Shown here one piece after another: positions 17,597 to 27,300 of a stretch of 62,292 bases of DNA. The notes beneath the pieces were generated by a model. That model saw nothing but the letters and a program-made list of their open reading frames with translations, was not told the origin of the DNA and did not search any database. Source of the DNA: an uncultured Pirellulaceae bacterium (GTDB taxonomy: Bacteria > Planctomycetota > Planctomycetia > Pirellulales > Pirellulaceae); contig CAZLFF010000009.1 of the NCBI GenBank assembly GCA_964558755.1, positions 1-62,292 on the forward strand, given 5' to 3'. The position numbers were made by a program, and so were the translations under genes. Position 1 is the first letter of the stretch; each line of letters opens with the position of its first letter.

Positions 17597-17674
17597 GAGC
17601 CTAGCTAGTTCCTGGAAAAGCGGCGAGGGAAACTCAAAATGTTAACTTATCAACCGAATTGACCGCGTGGCATT

Positions 17675-17706
17675 AAAAAAAGTCGCGCCGAATTCGGAGC
17701 GACTTT
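17675..17706 (-). terminator. Intrinsic terminator after the PEP-CTERM gene
   Basis: Minus strand AAAGTCGCTCCG-AATT-CGGCGCGACTTTTTTT. Confidence 0.75.
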
Positions 17707-17733
17707 GCGGTCGGTTAAGAGTTGTCGACGGTT

Positions 17734-18609
17734 TTACGCCCGACGGCGTGCGACCAAGGCAAGCCCAAGCAATCCCAACACGCTCAGGCTTCCTGGTTCA
17801 GGAATTCCGGCGATAACCGGATTGATCTCCAAAAAGAAGCTGTCGATCCGAGCGTTTTGTGCTCCAGCTGATTGAAAGAAGCCGGCGGTTTCTGCTGCCG
17901 GCTTGCCAAACACCGGGGCGATGCCAGTCTCAGACAAAATCGGAGTTGCACTTCCGTTAATGAAATGATCGATGTCAAAAGTGCCGGATCCGGTCGAAGT
18001 CAGCACGATTTCATATTCGGACAACTCAATTGCCCCTGGAGTTGTATCAACTGCAATACCGGTTGCAGCTGAAGCGGGGCTATTGCCGAAGCCTCCGTTG
18101 TCAATGAAGACGTTGCCACCTTGATTGCGAACTTCACCGCCAATCGCCAAGCTGCTATTGCCGACGGGGTTGCTGGTGTCGCCATCGACCAAACCAATGG
18201 GGTTGCCACGGTTGTCCGTGTTCGTCACGAAATCAAAGTTTGTGACTCGCGCGATGATCGTTGATCCGGCGGCAAGCCCCAGAATGTTTGCCTCTTTCAA
18301 AAGGCTCGACGATGGCTGCGAATCGTTGTTGGGATCGTCATCTCCCAGCAAAGCGCGGCCAAAACCAGCATTAGCACCGAAGAAACCGGCACCGGCGGAA
18401 TCCTCGACATAGGTCGTTCCTTGCCCAAAGACATTCATGTCCGTGTTGTTGTAATTGATGCTGCCAGGGGCCGGGCCGCCGTCGGCGAAACCTTCTGCCG
18501 CTGTGAAGTCCAAATTGACGATCACGTCGGCATGAGAAATCTGACCTAGCGTCAAAAACAAAGCGATGGCCACTATGACCGACAAAGAAAATCTATTCAT
18601 TGGAGGCAT
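17734..18609 (-). CDS. PEP-CTERM sorting-domain surface protein
   Basis: Signal peptide ending SHA-D; C-terminal IPEPGSLSVLGLLGLALVARRRA. Confidence 0.9.
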   Translation of the reverse strand: MPPMNRFSLSVIVAIALFLTLGQISHADVIVNLDFTAAEGFADGGPAPGSINYNNTDMNVFGQGTTYVEDSAGAGFFGANAGFGRALLGDDDPNNDSQPSSSLLKEANILGLAAGSTIIARVTNFDFVTNTDNRGNPIGLVDGDTSNPVGNSSLAIGGEVRNQGGNVFIDNGGFGNSPASAATGIAVDTTPGAIELSEYEIVLTSTGSGTFDIDHFINGSATPILSETGIAPVFGKPAAETAGFFQSAGAQNARIDSFFLEINPVIAGIPEPGSLSVLGLLGLALVARRRA

Positions 18610-19055
18610 ACCTTTTGAGGCTCAGGAGGAACTCGTCACCCAACCGGGAGGAAGTGGATTGGATTGTTTTTCGTCTATTGTTAACAGATCGCATCTTAAC
18701 TATTGGAGGACGGGATCGGAATGCAAAACTGCTGGGAATTTCAGATTTTAATCGTTTTGAGGCTTAGCCAGACTCGTTAGTCTCCGCTAATGGCGTGCTA
18801 GATTCCATAGATCGGCCGAACGCCGCTCGTGTCAGATCTGAAATGAGGTTAAACGGACAAATATCAATTTCCCATGCACGTCCTTCAATCTGACGCGGAC
18901 AGTCGGGCGAGACCAAATAAACGGCCACGCGAAACGATACCGGATTTTAGGGCCAGTTGGGCCAGCGGAGTCAGCCGCGGCAGGGGTGAAACTGACTTGC
19001 CGATAAAACTCCGCAAATCGAGTTGAAGTTGATCAACCATGAAAGTCCAGTGTAA

Positions 19056-19595
19056 CTATTTGCGGTCGAGCTGTTCATTCTCGATTGCGGCCAAAAGCAG
19101 CGACAACAGATGGCTGGCAGCTTCCGTTTGGCGATCAATTCGGGTCGATTTCAGAAGCTCAGCGCTGGCTGCGGTGTGGCTTGCTAGGTCGGAGTGACGG
19201 TGAGCGACGGCCATGAAAACGTGTGGTTGAGGCGTTCGCCGCGATTTCTCAGCACTTAGATGTCCGGTAATTGCCGCCGAGATCGATGCTTCGGGCGTAC
19301 GTTCGAGTGCGGCCTTTGCTAATGCTAGGGTCACTTCTGCGGATTCAGCCGAGTGCTCGCGAATCAAATCTGAGGGAATCTCCAGCCACTGTATCTTGGA
19401 GGCGGATCGGTACACGACATGCGAACCACAAAAATACTGTGAGATTCCTGGGACGGCAACGAGAGCCGCAGCGGCTCGACCACCCGTGCAGCTTTCACAC
19501 AGCACGAACTTGGTGTCCAGTCGGGCCTGATCGATTCGATCATGGATCGATTGCGCGAGGACCAAGAGTTTTTCGTCGCCTGCATCCACAGTCAA
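19056..19595 (-). CDS. pncC: CinA C-terminal family protein (NMN amidohydrolase)
   Basis: ESCTGG, PGISQYF, Y...K, ITG motifs. Confidence 0.8.
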   Translation of the reverse strand: MTVDAGDEKLLVLAQSIHDRIDQARLDTKFVLCESCTGGRAAAALVAVPGISQYFCGSHVVYRSASKIQWLEIPSDLIREHSAESAEVTLALAKAALERTPEASISAAITGHLSAEKSRRTPQPHVFMAVAHRHSDLASHTAASAELLKSTRIDRQTEAASHLLSLLLAAIENEQLDRK

Positions 19596-19738
19596 TCCCT
19601 TAGTGGGCTGAAAAAATATCTGAACGTTGTTACCAATCCGTGCGGTCGGATTCTAGGGAGCTGCAAAACGGGGTAAACTGTTTGACGCCAGTCCTGTCGT
19701 AGCAACCAGCCATCAGACCAACCTGAACCGGGTATTCC

Positions 19739-20371
19739 TTGTCCACTTTCAAACTAGCTCTCGAACAGTTTAACGTCGAAGTGCCCGAATCGGCATACCC
19801 GCAGCTGAAGCACTACTGCCAAGCTTTGTGGGAGGTGAATCAGACGATGAACCTGACGCGGCACACAAGTTACGAACTTTTCGTGACGCGCGACTTGATT
19901 GACACGCTGGAACTTTCCAAACTGATCCCTGAAGGCAAGGAAGTTCTCGACGTCGGCTCGGGCGGTGGCGTCCCGGGCATGCTGCTGCAAATTTTGCGAC
20001 CGGATCTCAAGGTCGCGTTGGCCGAGTCGATTGGCAAAAAAGCCCAAGCGTTGGGCGACATCGCGGAGGCGATCGACTTGAACCTCGAAATCTACCACTG
20101 CCGCGCCGAGAATTTGTTAGAGGATTTTCGTTACGACTACACAACGGCTCGCGCGGTTGGGCCGCTGGTGAAGTTGTGTACTTGGTTCGAGGACGTCTGG
20201 CCGTCGGTCGGACGGTTGCTGGCTGTCAAAGGGCCTCGTTGGGTCGACGAAAAGAACGCAGCGGCCGAACGCGGTATGCTGAAAAAGCTCGACCTGCGAG
20301 TCGTTGCGCAGTACCCGACTCCCGGGACGGAATGGGAGAGCGTGATTTTGCAAATCAAACGCTCGTCGTGA
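19739..20371 (+). CDS. rsmG: 16S rRNA (guanine527-N7)-methyltransferase
   Basis: NLT, LDVGSGGGVPG, ES..KK, RAE, ARAV, KG. Confidence 0.9.
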   Translation: MSTFKLALEQFNVEVPESAYPQLKHYCQALWEVNQTMNLTRHTSYELFVTRDLIDTLELSKLIPEGKEVLDVGSGGGVPGMLLQILRPDLKVALAESIGKKAQALGDIAEAIDLNLEIYHCRAENLLEDFRYDYTTARAVGPLVKLCTWFEDVWPSVGRLLAVKGPRWVDEKNAAAERGMLKKLDLRVVAQYPTPGTEWESVILQIKRSS

Positions 20372-20385
20372 CAACGGATCGTTGC

Positions 20386-20432
20386 CGCGATGGTCACGAT
20401 AACAACGCGATGGTCGCGATAACAACGCGATG
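20386..20432. repeat. 20-bp tandem repeat, about 2.3 copies
   Basis: CGCGATGGTCACGATAACAA / CGCGATGGTCGCGATAACAA / CGCGATG. Confidence 0.8.
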
Positions 20433-20640
20433 CTGCGTTTGGTTAAGTTTTGGTTTGCTGGGAAAACAAGCGAGCTTGGGGCTGCGATGACGGCTCGTCG
20501 AAGCGCTGTTTGCCGTGTCGGGATCCCCTTGTCTTGCTGGTGCCAAGAAAATCTTTGCAATCGCTGCGAATAAGTGTTAGGCTGACGGCGCCCATGGATG
20601 GCCACTTCCCTGCAACTGCTCTTTACAGCCGAGGGCCGTC

Positions 20641-21702
20641 ATGTTTCATCTGCCAAATGTCAGGCACCGACTGCGTTTCCAGCGAGTCGGGTTTACGCTC
20701 GTTGAGCTTCTCGTCGTGATCGCGATCATCGGTATCTTGGTCGGAATGCTTTTGCCAGCGGTTCAACAGGTGCGCGAGGCAGCCCGCCGCTCGACGTGCT
20801 CGAATAATTTGCGGCAACTTGGCCTAGCCTGCCAAAACTATGAATCGGCCAAGCAACGTTTTCCCGAGGGCTGCGTTCTGGGGCAAGGAGCAGGTTGGTC
20901 GGCGTTTATTCTTTCGCAGGTTGAACAGAACGCGATCGCGGATCAGCTGCGGCTGGATGATCGGTCGACTGCTCCCGGCGGCAGTGGCAATGCGAGCAAT
21001 TGGACCAACGGATTTAACCGTGACGCGTGTGCTCAGTACATCCCAATGTTCCGCTGCGCGAGTGATCTTGTCCCGAACCATATCGATAGCGGGGCTGGCC
21101 CAGTAATTCCCTCGCGCGTTCCGTCCAGCTACTTGGGCGTTGGAACTGGCACGACGAAGGATCACAACGATTTCTATTTCGCCGAAAGTAAGAAACACAT
21201 TCGCAGCAAAGAAGACGTCAGGCGGTTCCGCAACGGAATGCTGATTCCCAATCAGAAAGCGGACTACTTTGGTGGCTCACGATTGAAAACGATTGTCACT
21301 TTCGCTGACTGCCGTGACGGGTCCTCGAACACGCTGCTGATTGGTGAGTCGATTTTTGACACATCTGAGATCAACGGAGTGTCGCGCGGAATCGACCATT
21401 GGTACATCGGTTCCTACCAAGTCGATTACAACATCGAGATGTCCGAATTCCTTGGTTCAACCGCGGTCGAACTGAATTTGTACCACCGCTATCGAGATGC
21501 AAAGCTTGAGGTGCTCAGCGATAGCAAACGGACGGGCTTGAATAAAGAAATGGCGTTTGGCTTTGCCAGTTGGCACGCGGGCGACGTCGTCAACTTCACC
21601 TTCGCCGACGGCTCAACCCGTTTGTTAGCAGCAGACGTCGACTCGGAAGTTTACGCGAATTTGGGCAACCGGTCGGACGGGAAATCGATTCCAGCGTTCT
21701 AG
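20641..21702 (+). CDS. DUF1559 prepilin-type N-terminal cleavage/methylation protein
   Basis: GFTLVELLVVIAIIGILVGMLLPAVQQVREAARR..C.NN; DGSSNT; C-terminal H...DG motif (WHAGDVVNFTFADGS). Confidence 0.93.
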   Translation: MFHLPNVRHRLRFQRVGFTLVELLVVIAIIGILVGMLLPAVQQVREAARRSTCSNNLRQLGLACQNYESAKQRFPEGCVLGQGAGWSAFILSQVEQNAIADQLRLDDRSTAPGGSGNASNWTNGFNRDACAQYIPMFRCASDLVPNHIDSGAGPVIPSRVPSSYLGVGTGTTKDHNDFYFAESKKHIRSKEDVRRFRNGMLIPNQKADYFGGSRLKTIVTFADCRDGSSNTLLIGESIFDTSEINGVSRGIDHWYIGSYQVDYNIEMSEFLGSTAVELNLYHRYRDAKLEVLSDSKRTGLNKEMAFGFASWHAGDVVNFTFADGSTRLLAADVDSEVYANLGNRSDGKSIPAF

Positions 21703-21936
21703 CACGGGCCGCACCCAAAGCCTGCGTCTCGTTCGCGGTCAGCTACCGCCAGTCACAGTCAAGAATTTGTCAATCGAGAAGACCGAATGTCAAAGTCCCT
21801 CCGTCGATGCCGGTGTCTGTTCCTCGTCGCCTTTGTGATCTTACTTGCCGGATGCCCCAGCTACTCGCACCTGCGCGAGGCCCCCGACTACAAAAACATG
21901 AACGATTCAGCCGGCGAAGTTGATCGCGAGTGAGGC

Positions 21937-23310
21937 TCAGTCGTCCAAGCGGTCGGCGAGCGTTTGCAGCAACGCAGACGCTTCCGCTCGAGTCAGTCGA
22001 GTCGGGTCGTAGTTGAGGCACAGATTTAGCTGCCGCCGATACTGGAAAACGCAAATCGCGGCTGCCGTTCCCGGGCGAATGGGGGCTGCGACATCCATCT
22101 CGACAAGAGTCGCACTGCCGATCTGAATGGCTCCGTCCGACGTGCCCGAGCGTTTCTTCAGCCGTAATCGCTGAGTGATTTGTCCGAGGTTGGTAAGCAC
22201 ACAACTCGATCGGCAAGTGTCCGTCGCGAACCACCGCCGCAGTCCACCCAGCCGCCGGAACAGACTGAGCGATTGCCAGAAGCTCAGCCCCAGACGCCAG
22301 CGCCGCACCGTTTCGATGTCGCGATGCACCTTTTGCAGCAGCCGCGCCGCGCTGTCGGAGCCCGGTTCGGTGCTGACGTCGGCTGGGCGTTCATCAAGGC
22401 TAATCATCGTACAATGATTGCAAGCGGGCATGCGACGATGCCGAGCCGTGCGTTCGTTGATCGGAACGGTCACGCGAAAATGACTGCCCACTGGCGCGAT
22501 TTGATTCTCGGCTTGCCATTGCTTCAGTGTCGGGTAAAGCTCGGCCACGATTGCGTCATTGGCGGTCACGCCCACTTCCTTCGCGCGCGCTGCCAAACGC
22601 TGCGTAACACTTTGGTTTAGCCGATGCACCACCATCGACGATCCAGCTTCGGGCGCCGGCGTGACTCGATTCGCGGGAGCCAGCGGGATCGGACGATGGC
22701 GAAAAAAGTACCAGAACCCTAACGAGCTAAGCCAGCCTAAGGGCATTAATCGCAGCCGCTCGGTCAGTGACAGCCCGGATGTGCAACGCGTCGCGAGCAT
22801 AGGCAAGTCCAACCGATAGCCCAATGAGCTCGCAGAGGAATCCGTCGTCGTGCCGGCCACTAGGCCGTCGTAGGCTCGCATCCAGTTGCCCATTACTTGC
22901 AACGCGCCGAGCCCATCGAAGGCAGCGTGATGAAAACGCAACGTCATCTGCGTGCCGGTTGGCTGCACCTGCAAGGTTAACTCAAACGGCGGTTCGTTGG
23001 GCAAATCAAACGGTTTGAACCGATCCACCGTCCCGTCGCGTGCTTCACAAACGTTGACCTGCGGTTGACACGAGCGATCTTCGATCCAACGAAATGCTTG
23101 ATCACTTCCTCCAACCGTTTCCAACCGGCTGCGCAGCATCGGCTGTCGAGCGACCACCATGTCGAGTGCCTGTTGGGCCCGGGTGGTGTCTAAGGAATGG
23201 TCAAACGTCAGTTGGAACGAGAACGCCGCCGGGTAATGGGGCGGACGATCATCGACCACAAACAGCTCTTCAAAGCCTTTGAGGGGTAATGGGAAGACGG
23301 ATTCAGGCAT
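21937..23310 (-). CDS. Stand-alone condensation-domain / CoA-dependent acyltransferase superfamily protein
   Basis: HHxxxDG (FHHAAFDGLG), P.LR, VPIN.R, LTNLG; divergent from the PPTase. Confidence 0.75.
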   Translation of the reverse strand: MPESVFPLPLKGFEELFVVDDRPPHYPAAFSFQLTFDHSLDTTRAQQALDMVVARQPMLRSRLETVGGSDQAFRWIEDRSCQPQVNVCEARDGTVDRFKPFDLPNEPPFELTLQVQPTGTQMTLRFHHAAFDGLGALQVMGNWMRAYDGLVAGTTTDSSASSLGYRLDLPMLATRCTSGLSLTERLRLMPLGWLSSLGFWYFFRHRPIPLAPANRVTPAPEAGSSMVVHRLNQSVTQRLAARAKEVGVTANDAIVAELYPTLKQWQAENQIAPVGSHFRVTVPINERTARHRRMPACNHCTMISLDERPADVSTEPGSDSAARLLQKVHRDIETVRRWRLGLSFWQSLSLFRRLGGLRRWFATDTCRSSCVLTNLGQITQRLRLKKRSGTSDGAIQIGSATLVEMDVAAPIRPGTAAAICVFQYRRQLNLCLNYDPTRLTRAEASALLQTLADRLDD

Positions 23311-23613
23311 GACGGATCGGGCGACATCGCTTTGGAATCGCTACTCGTTTGTTCGTTCGAAGGCCGCGATTGTAGGGGCTGGGGCCACCAGCCGGGAGAG
23401 CTGCGAATTCGGATTCCGCACCGACGCCTGATCCGAGTCGTGTTGAGTTCTGGCAACATGATTTTGGAGTGGTAGCCCGCATAACCCAAAAAATGCTCAC
23501 GGTCAATCAAGTCCATGCTAGGACGGCCTGAATCGCACGCGGATTCGGACTACGGCGCAGTTTGTAACCTAAGAATTAGTGACCCTTGCTTGCCTTTCCA
23601 CTTGGAAACACTC

Positions 23614-24318
23614 GTGAACCTAGCAAACTTAGCGCCGCCCTCAGCCAAATCCCGTGTTGAGTCGTTGAAGCACCGACCGTGCGCTCGGCCTGCGCGGTGG
23701 ATGTCGCATGTGCTCGCCAGTACGCCCGCGACCCGGTTTTCGGTTGGTTCCAACCGTGTTCCACCCGGCGCGTCGCAAGCCAAGGGGCGTTCGAAACGAC
23801 AAGCCGAGTTCGCATCAGGGCGCCGTGCGGCGGCCGATTTGCTTAACTCGTTTGGCGAAATTCATCCCGTTGGCGTGAACGAAGATCGGTCACCCGCGTG
23901 GCCCGCCGGCTTTGTTGGTTCCATCTCGCACAGCGATCACTGGACCACAGTCGTGGTGGCTCAGGATTCCGCGTTGCGATCGATCGGTGTCGATACCGAG
24001 CCAATCATTTCTCGTGCGAGCAGTGAACAGATTCGGGAAGAAGTCGCCACACAGGCTGAGCTGCGGTTGCTCGCGTGGTTGGGTTTGTCCCCCGAGGCAA
24101 CTCTGACGCTGATTTTCTCAGCCAAAGAGTCGTTTTACAAATGTCGCTATCCGCTTGATCGAACCTTTTTGGAATTCTCCGACGTGCGTGTCGTCGCGGC
24201 GACGGCCAATCGATTGAGCCTAGCGTTGGCGACAGACGAGGCGACTGAGCACCTGGATATCCACTACTACGTCGATCAGCAAGATGTGTTCACGTTGACA
24301 TGGAAAGAGGCGATTTAA
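23614..24318 (+). CDS. 4'-phosphopantetheinyl transferase (EntD/Npt-like)
   Basis: KRQAEFASGR, PAWPAGFVGSISHS, IGVDTE, FSAKESFYK; start uncertain (23515, 23614 or 23701). Confidence 0.9.
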   Translation: MNLANLAPPSAKSRVESLKHRPCARPARWMSHVLASTPATRFSVGSNRVPPGASQAKGRSKRQAEFASGRRAAADLLNSFGEIHPVGVNEDRSPAWPAGFVGSISHSDHWTTVVVAQDSALRSIGVDTEPIISRASSEQIREEVATQAELRLLAWLGLSPEATLTLIFSAKESFYKCRYPLDRTFLEFSDVRVVAATANRLSLALATDEATEHLDIHYYVDQQDVFTLTWKEAI

Positions 24319-27300
24319 TGAACGACGTTGAGCATATTTATGCACGCTTGAACGATGAAGCGAAAACTGACTACCCGCAAATGTCGCTGCCTGCGCTTAT
24401 TCAGCAGCAATGTGACCGTACGCCCGACGCAATCGCCGCAATGGGTGGTGATGATTCCCAGACCTACGCGGAACTTTCTCGCAAGAGCGATCAGGTTGCC
24501 GCGTTCTTGAGCCAACAAGGTATCGGCGCGGGCGACCTGGTGGGACTCTGTTGCAACCGCGACGTCGACACACCTGCTCTGTTGGTCGGGATCATGAAGT
24601 CTGGCGCGGGTTACGTGCCTTTAGATCCCGACTATCCGGCCGATCGGTTGAAGTTCATGGTGCAGGATGCGGGCTTGAAGCATGTGCTTCACCACGCAGA
24701 GCAAACGTCGCTGGTTCAACAGTTCGATGTGCCGACCACCGCGATCGAATCGCTTGATGACACAAATGCCGAGGCCCCGCAGGTTGAAATCGACATTGAT
24801 CGTGACGTCGCCTACGTGATTTATACCTCGGGCTCGACCGGCCAGCCCAAGGGCGTGCTGGTGCCTCATCGCGGCGTGGTGAACATGCTGTCGAGCATGA
24901 TCCAGTGGCCCGGATTTACCTCTCGGGATCGGATCCTCGCAACCACAACACTTTCGTTCGACATTAGCGTCGCAGAAATGTTCCTGCCGCTGATCGTCGG
25001 CGGAAGCGTGGCGGTCGTTGATCGGCAAACCGCCAAAGACACTGTGGCTTTGGTCGCGGCTATGCAGAAGTTTGATGTGACCTTCATGCAAGCGACGCCC
25101 GCCATGTGGCGGATGATCGTCGAAACGGACTTTGCCGGCCGCGATGGCATGAAGTTCGTCACCGCCGGCGAGCCTCTGCCGCGTGATTTGATTCAGCCGC
25201 TGCTTGACCGCTGCGATGAGCTTTGGAACCTGTACGGACCGACGGAAACGACCGTGTACTCGTCGGGAACTCGGGTTCAAAACGACATCGATCCAATTTT
25301 GATTGGTGTGCCGGTTGCGAACAACCAAGTCTTTGTCGTCGATGAAGACAACAAGCTATGCCCAGCGGGCGTTGCCGGTGAGCTGCTGATTGCGGGCGAT
25401 GGAATGACGCTCGGCTATTTGAATCGGCCGGAGCTGAATGCGGAGAAATTCACCGATTGGAATGGAGTTCGCGTCTACCGCACCGGAGATTTGGCCAAGC
25501 TGACCTCCGATGGCCAGATCGATCACCTCGGTCGCATCGACCATCAGATTAAATTCAACGGCCATCGCATCGAGCTGGGCGAGATCGATGCCGCCATGGC
25601 GATGCAGCCGGGAGTCCGTCAAGCCGCCACCGTGCTGCGAGAAGATCGCCCCGGTGACATTCGGCTGGTCGGATACCTTTTGGCCAAAGCGGACCAGACG
25701 CCCAACGTGTCGCAGATCCGAAACGAGATCGCCAGCCAGTTGCCCGACTACATGGTCCCGGGCACGATTGTAGTCGTTGAAGAGTTTCCGCACACGCCCA
25801 GCGGCAAGCTGGACCGTAAGTCGTTTCCGCCACCTTCGACGGCTCGGCCTGATATCGGAACCGAGTTTGTTGCTCCGAAATCAGATACAGAGAAGAAGTT
25901 AGCCGCCATCTGGTCGGACGTTCTGCAGTTGGATGAAGTTGGCGTCCAAGACAACTTTTTCGAACTCGGAGGAAACTCAATCCGCGCCGTCAAAGTGGTT
26001 GCGTCGGCCAAAAGCCAATTACAGATCAAGGTGACCGGCGCGGAGTTTTTTGATAACCCGACGATCGCTGCGTTGTTGTCGCTGGCAGAGAAAAAGAAAT
26101 CACTCACCGACAAGTTCCGCGTGGGCTCGTGCAAAGGCGAATCTCAAAACGAATCGCAAACGCAGGGCAACGACCGCGCGACTGCTGGCCAATACGCCGT
26201 CGTCGGCATGGCCGCGCGGATGCCCGGCGCGGGGGATGTCGAGTCGTTTTGGGACAACCTGATCGAACAGCGTGAATCGATCAAGGTCTTCAGCCCCGAA
26301 GAACTCGACGAAACGCTTGATCCACGCGACACTGACGACCCGAACTACGTCCCGGCGCGTGGAATAATCGAAGACGCGACCGAGTTCGATGCTCGGTTCT
26401 TTCGCACGCCACCACGCAACGCCGAGCTGACTTGTCCCCAGCAACGCGTGATGTTGGAGCTTGCTTGGACGGCTTTGGAAGACGCGGGCATCATTCCGAG
26501 CAACTCCCAGAGCACGATCGGAATCTGGGCCGGCACATACTCGACCAGCTACTACATCAAGAATTTGCTCACCAATCCAGAGCTTGTCCGGCAAACAGGC
26601 GAGTTCCAATTGGGGGCCATGAATGAGAAAGACTACATCGCCACCCGAGTCGCCCACGCGCTCAATTTGACGGGGCCCGCGATCAACGTTAACACCGCGT
26701 GCTCGACTTCGCTGGTCGCACTGATCGAAGCCTGCCAGTCGTTGAACGCTGGACACTGCGACGTTGCGTTGGCGGGTGGAGCGTCGATCACGTTCCCGCA
26801 AAACCAAGGTCACTTGCACCAGACCGGCAGCATTTTTACTCCCGACGGACATTGCCGCCCTTTCGACGCGGCCGGGGCGGGGACACTGTTCAGCGACGGT
26901 GCGGGTGTTGTGGTAGTGAAGCGTTTGGCCGATGCGATCGCCGACCAAGATCGCATCTATGCCGTCGTCAAGGGCTTCGGCGTCAACAACGACGGCGGAG
27001 AAAAAGCCAGCTTCAGCGCGCCGAGTATTTCAGGGCAGGCCGGCGCGATCGCGATGGCTCAAGCGATGGCCGGCGTGAGCCCAGAAGATATTGGCTACAT
27101 CGAAGCACACGGTACCGCGACACCGATCGGAGACCCCATCGAGGTTGCAGCACTGCAAACGGTGTTCGAATCGCAAACCGACCGAAAACAGTTCTGTGCC
27201 ATCGGCAGCGTGAAGTCGAACATTGGTCACACCGTCGCGGCGGCCGGAATCGCGGGCTTCATCAAGGCCGCCTTGTCGCTGCATCACGAGCAAATTCCCG

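Noticed and set aside
20386-20432. Possible CRISPR array
   Set aside because: The repeats are contiguous with no spacers, and no cas genes are present
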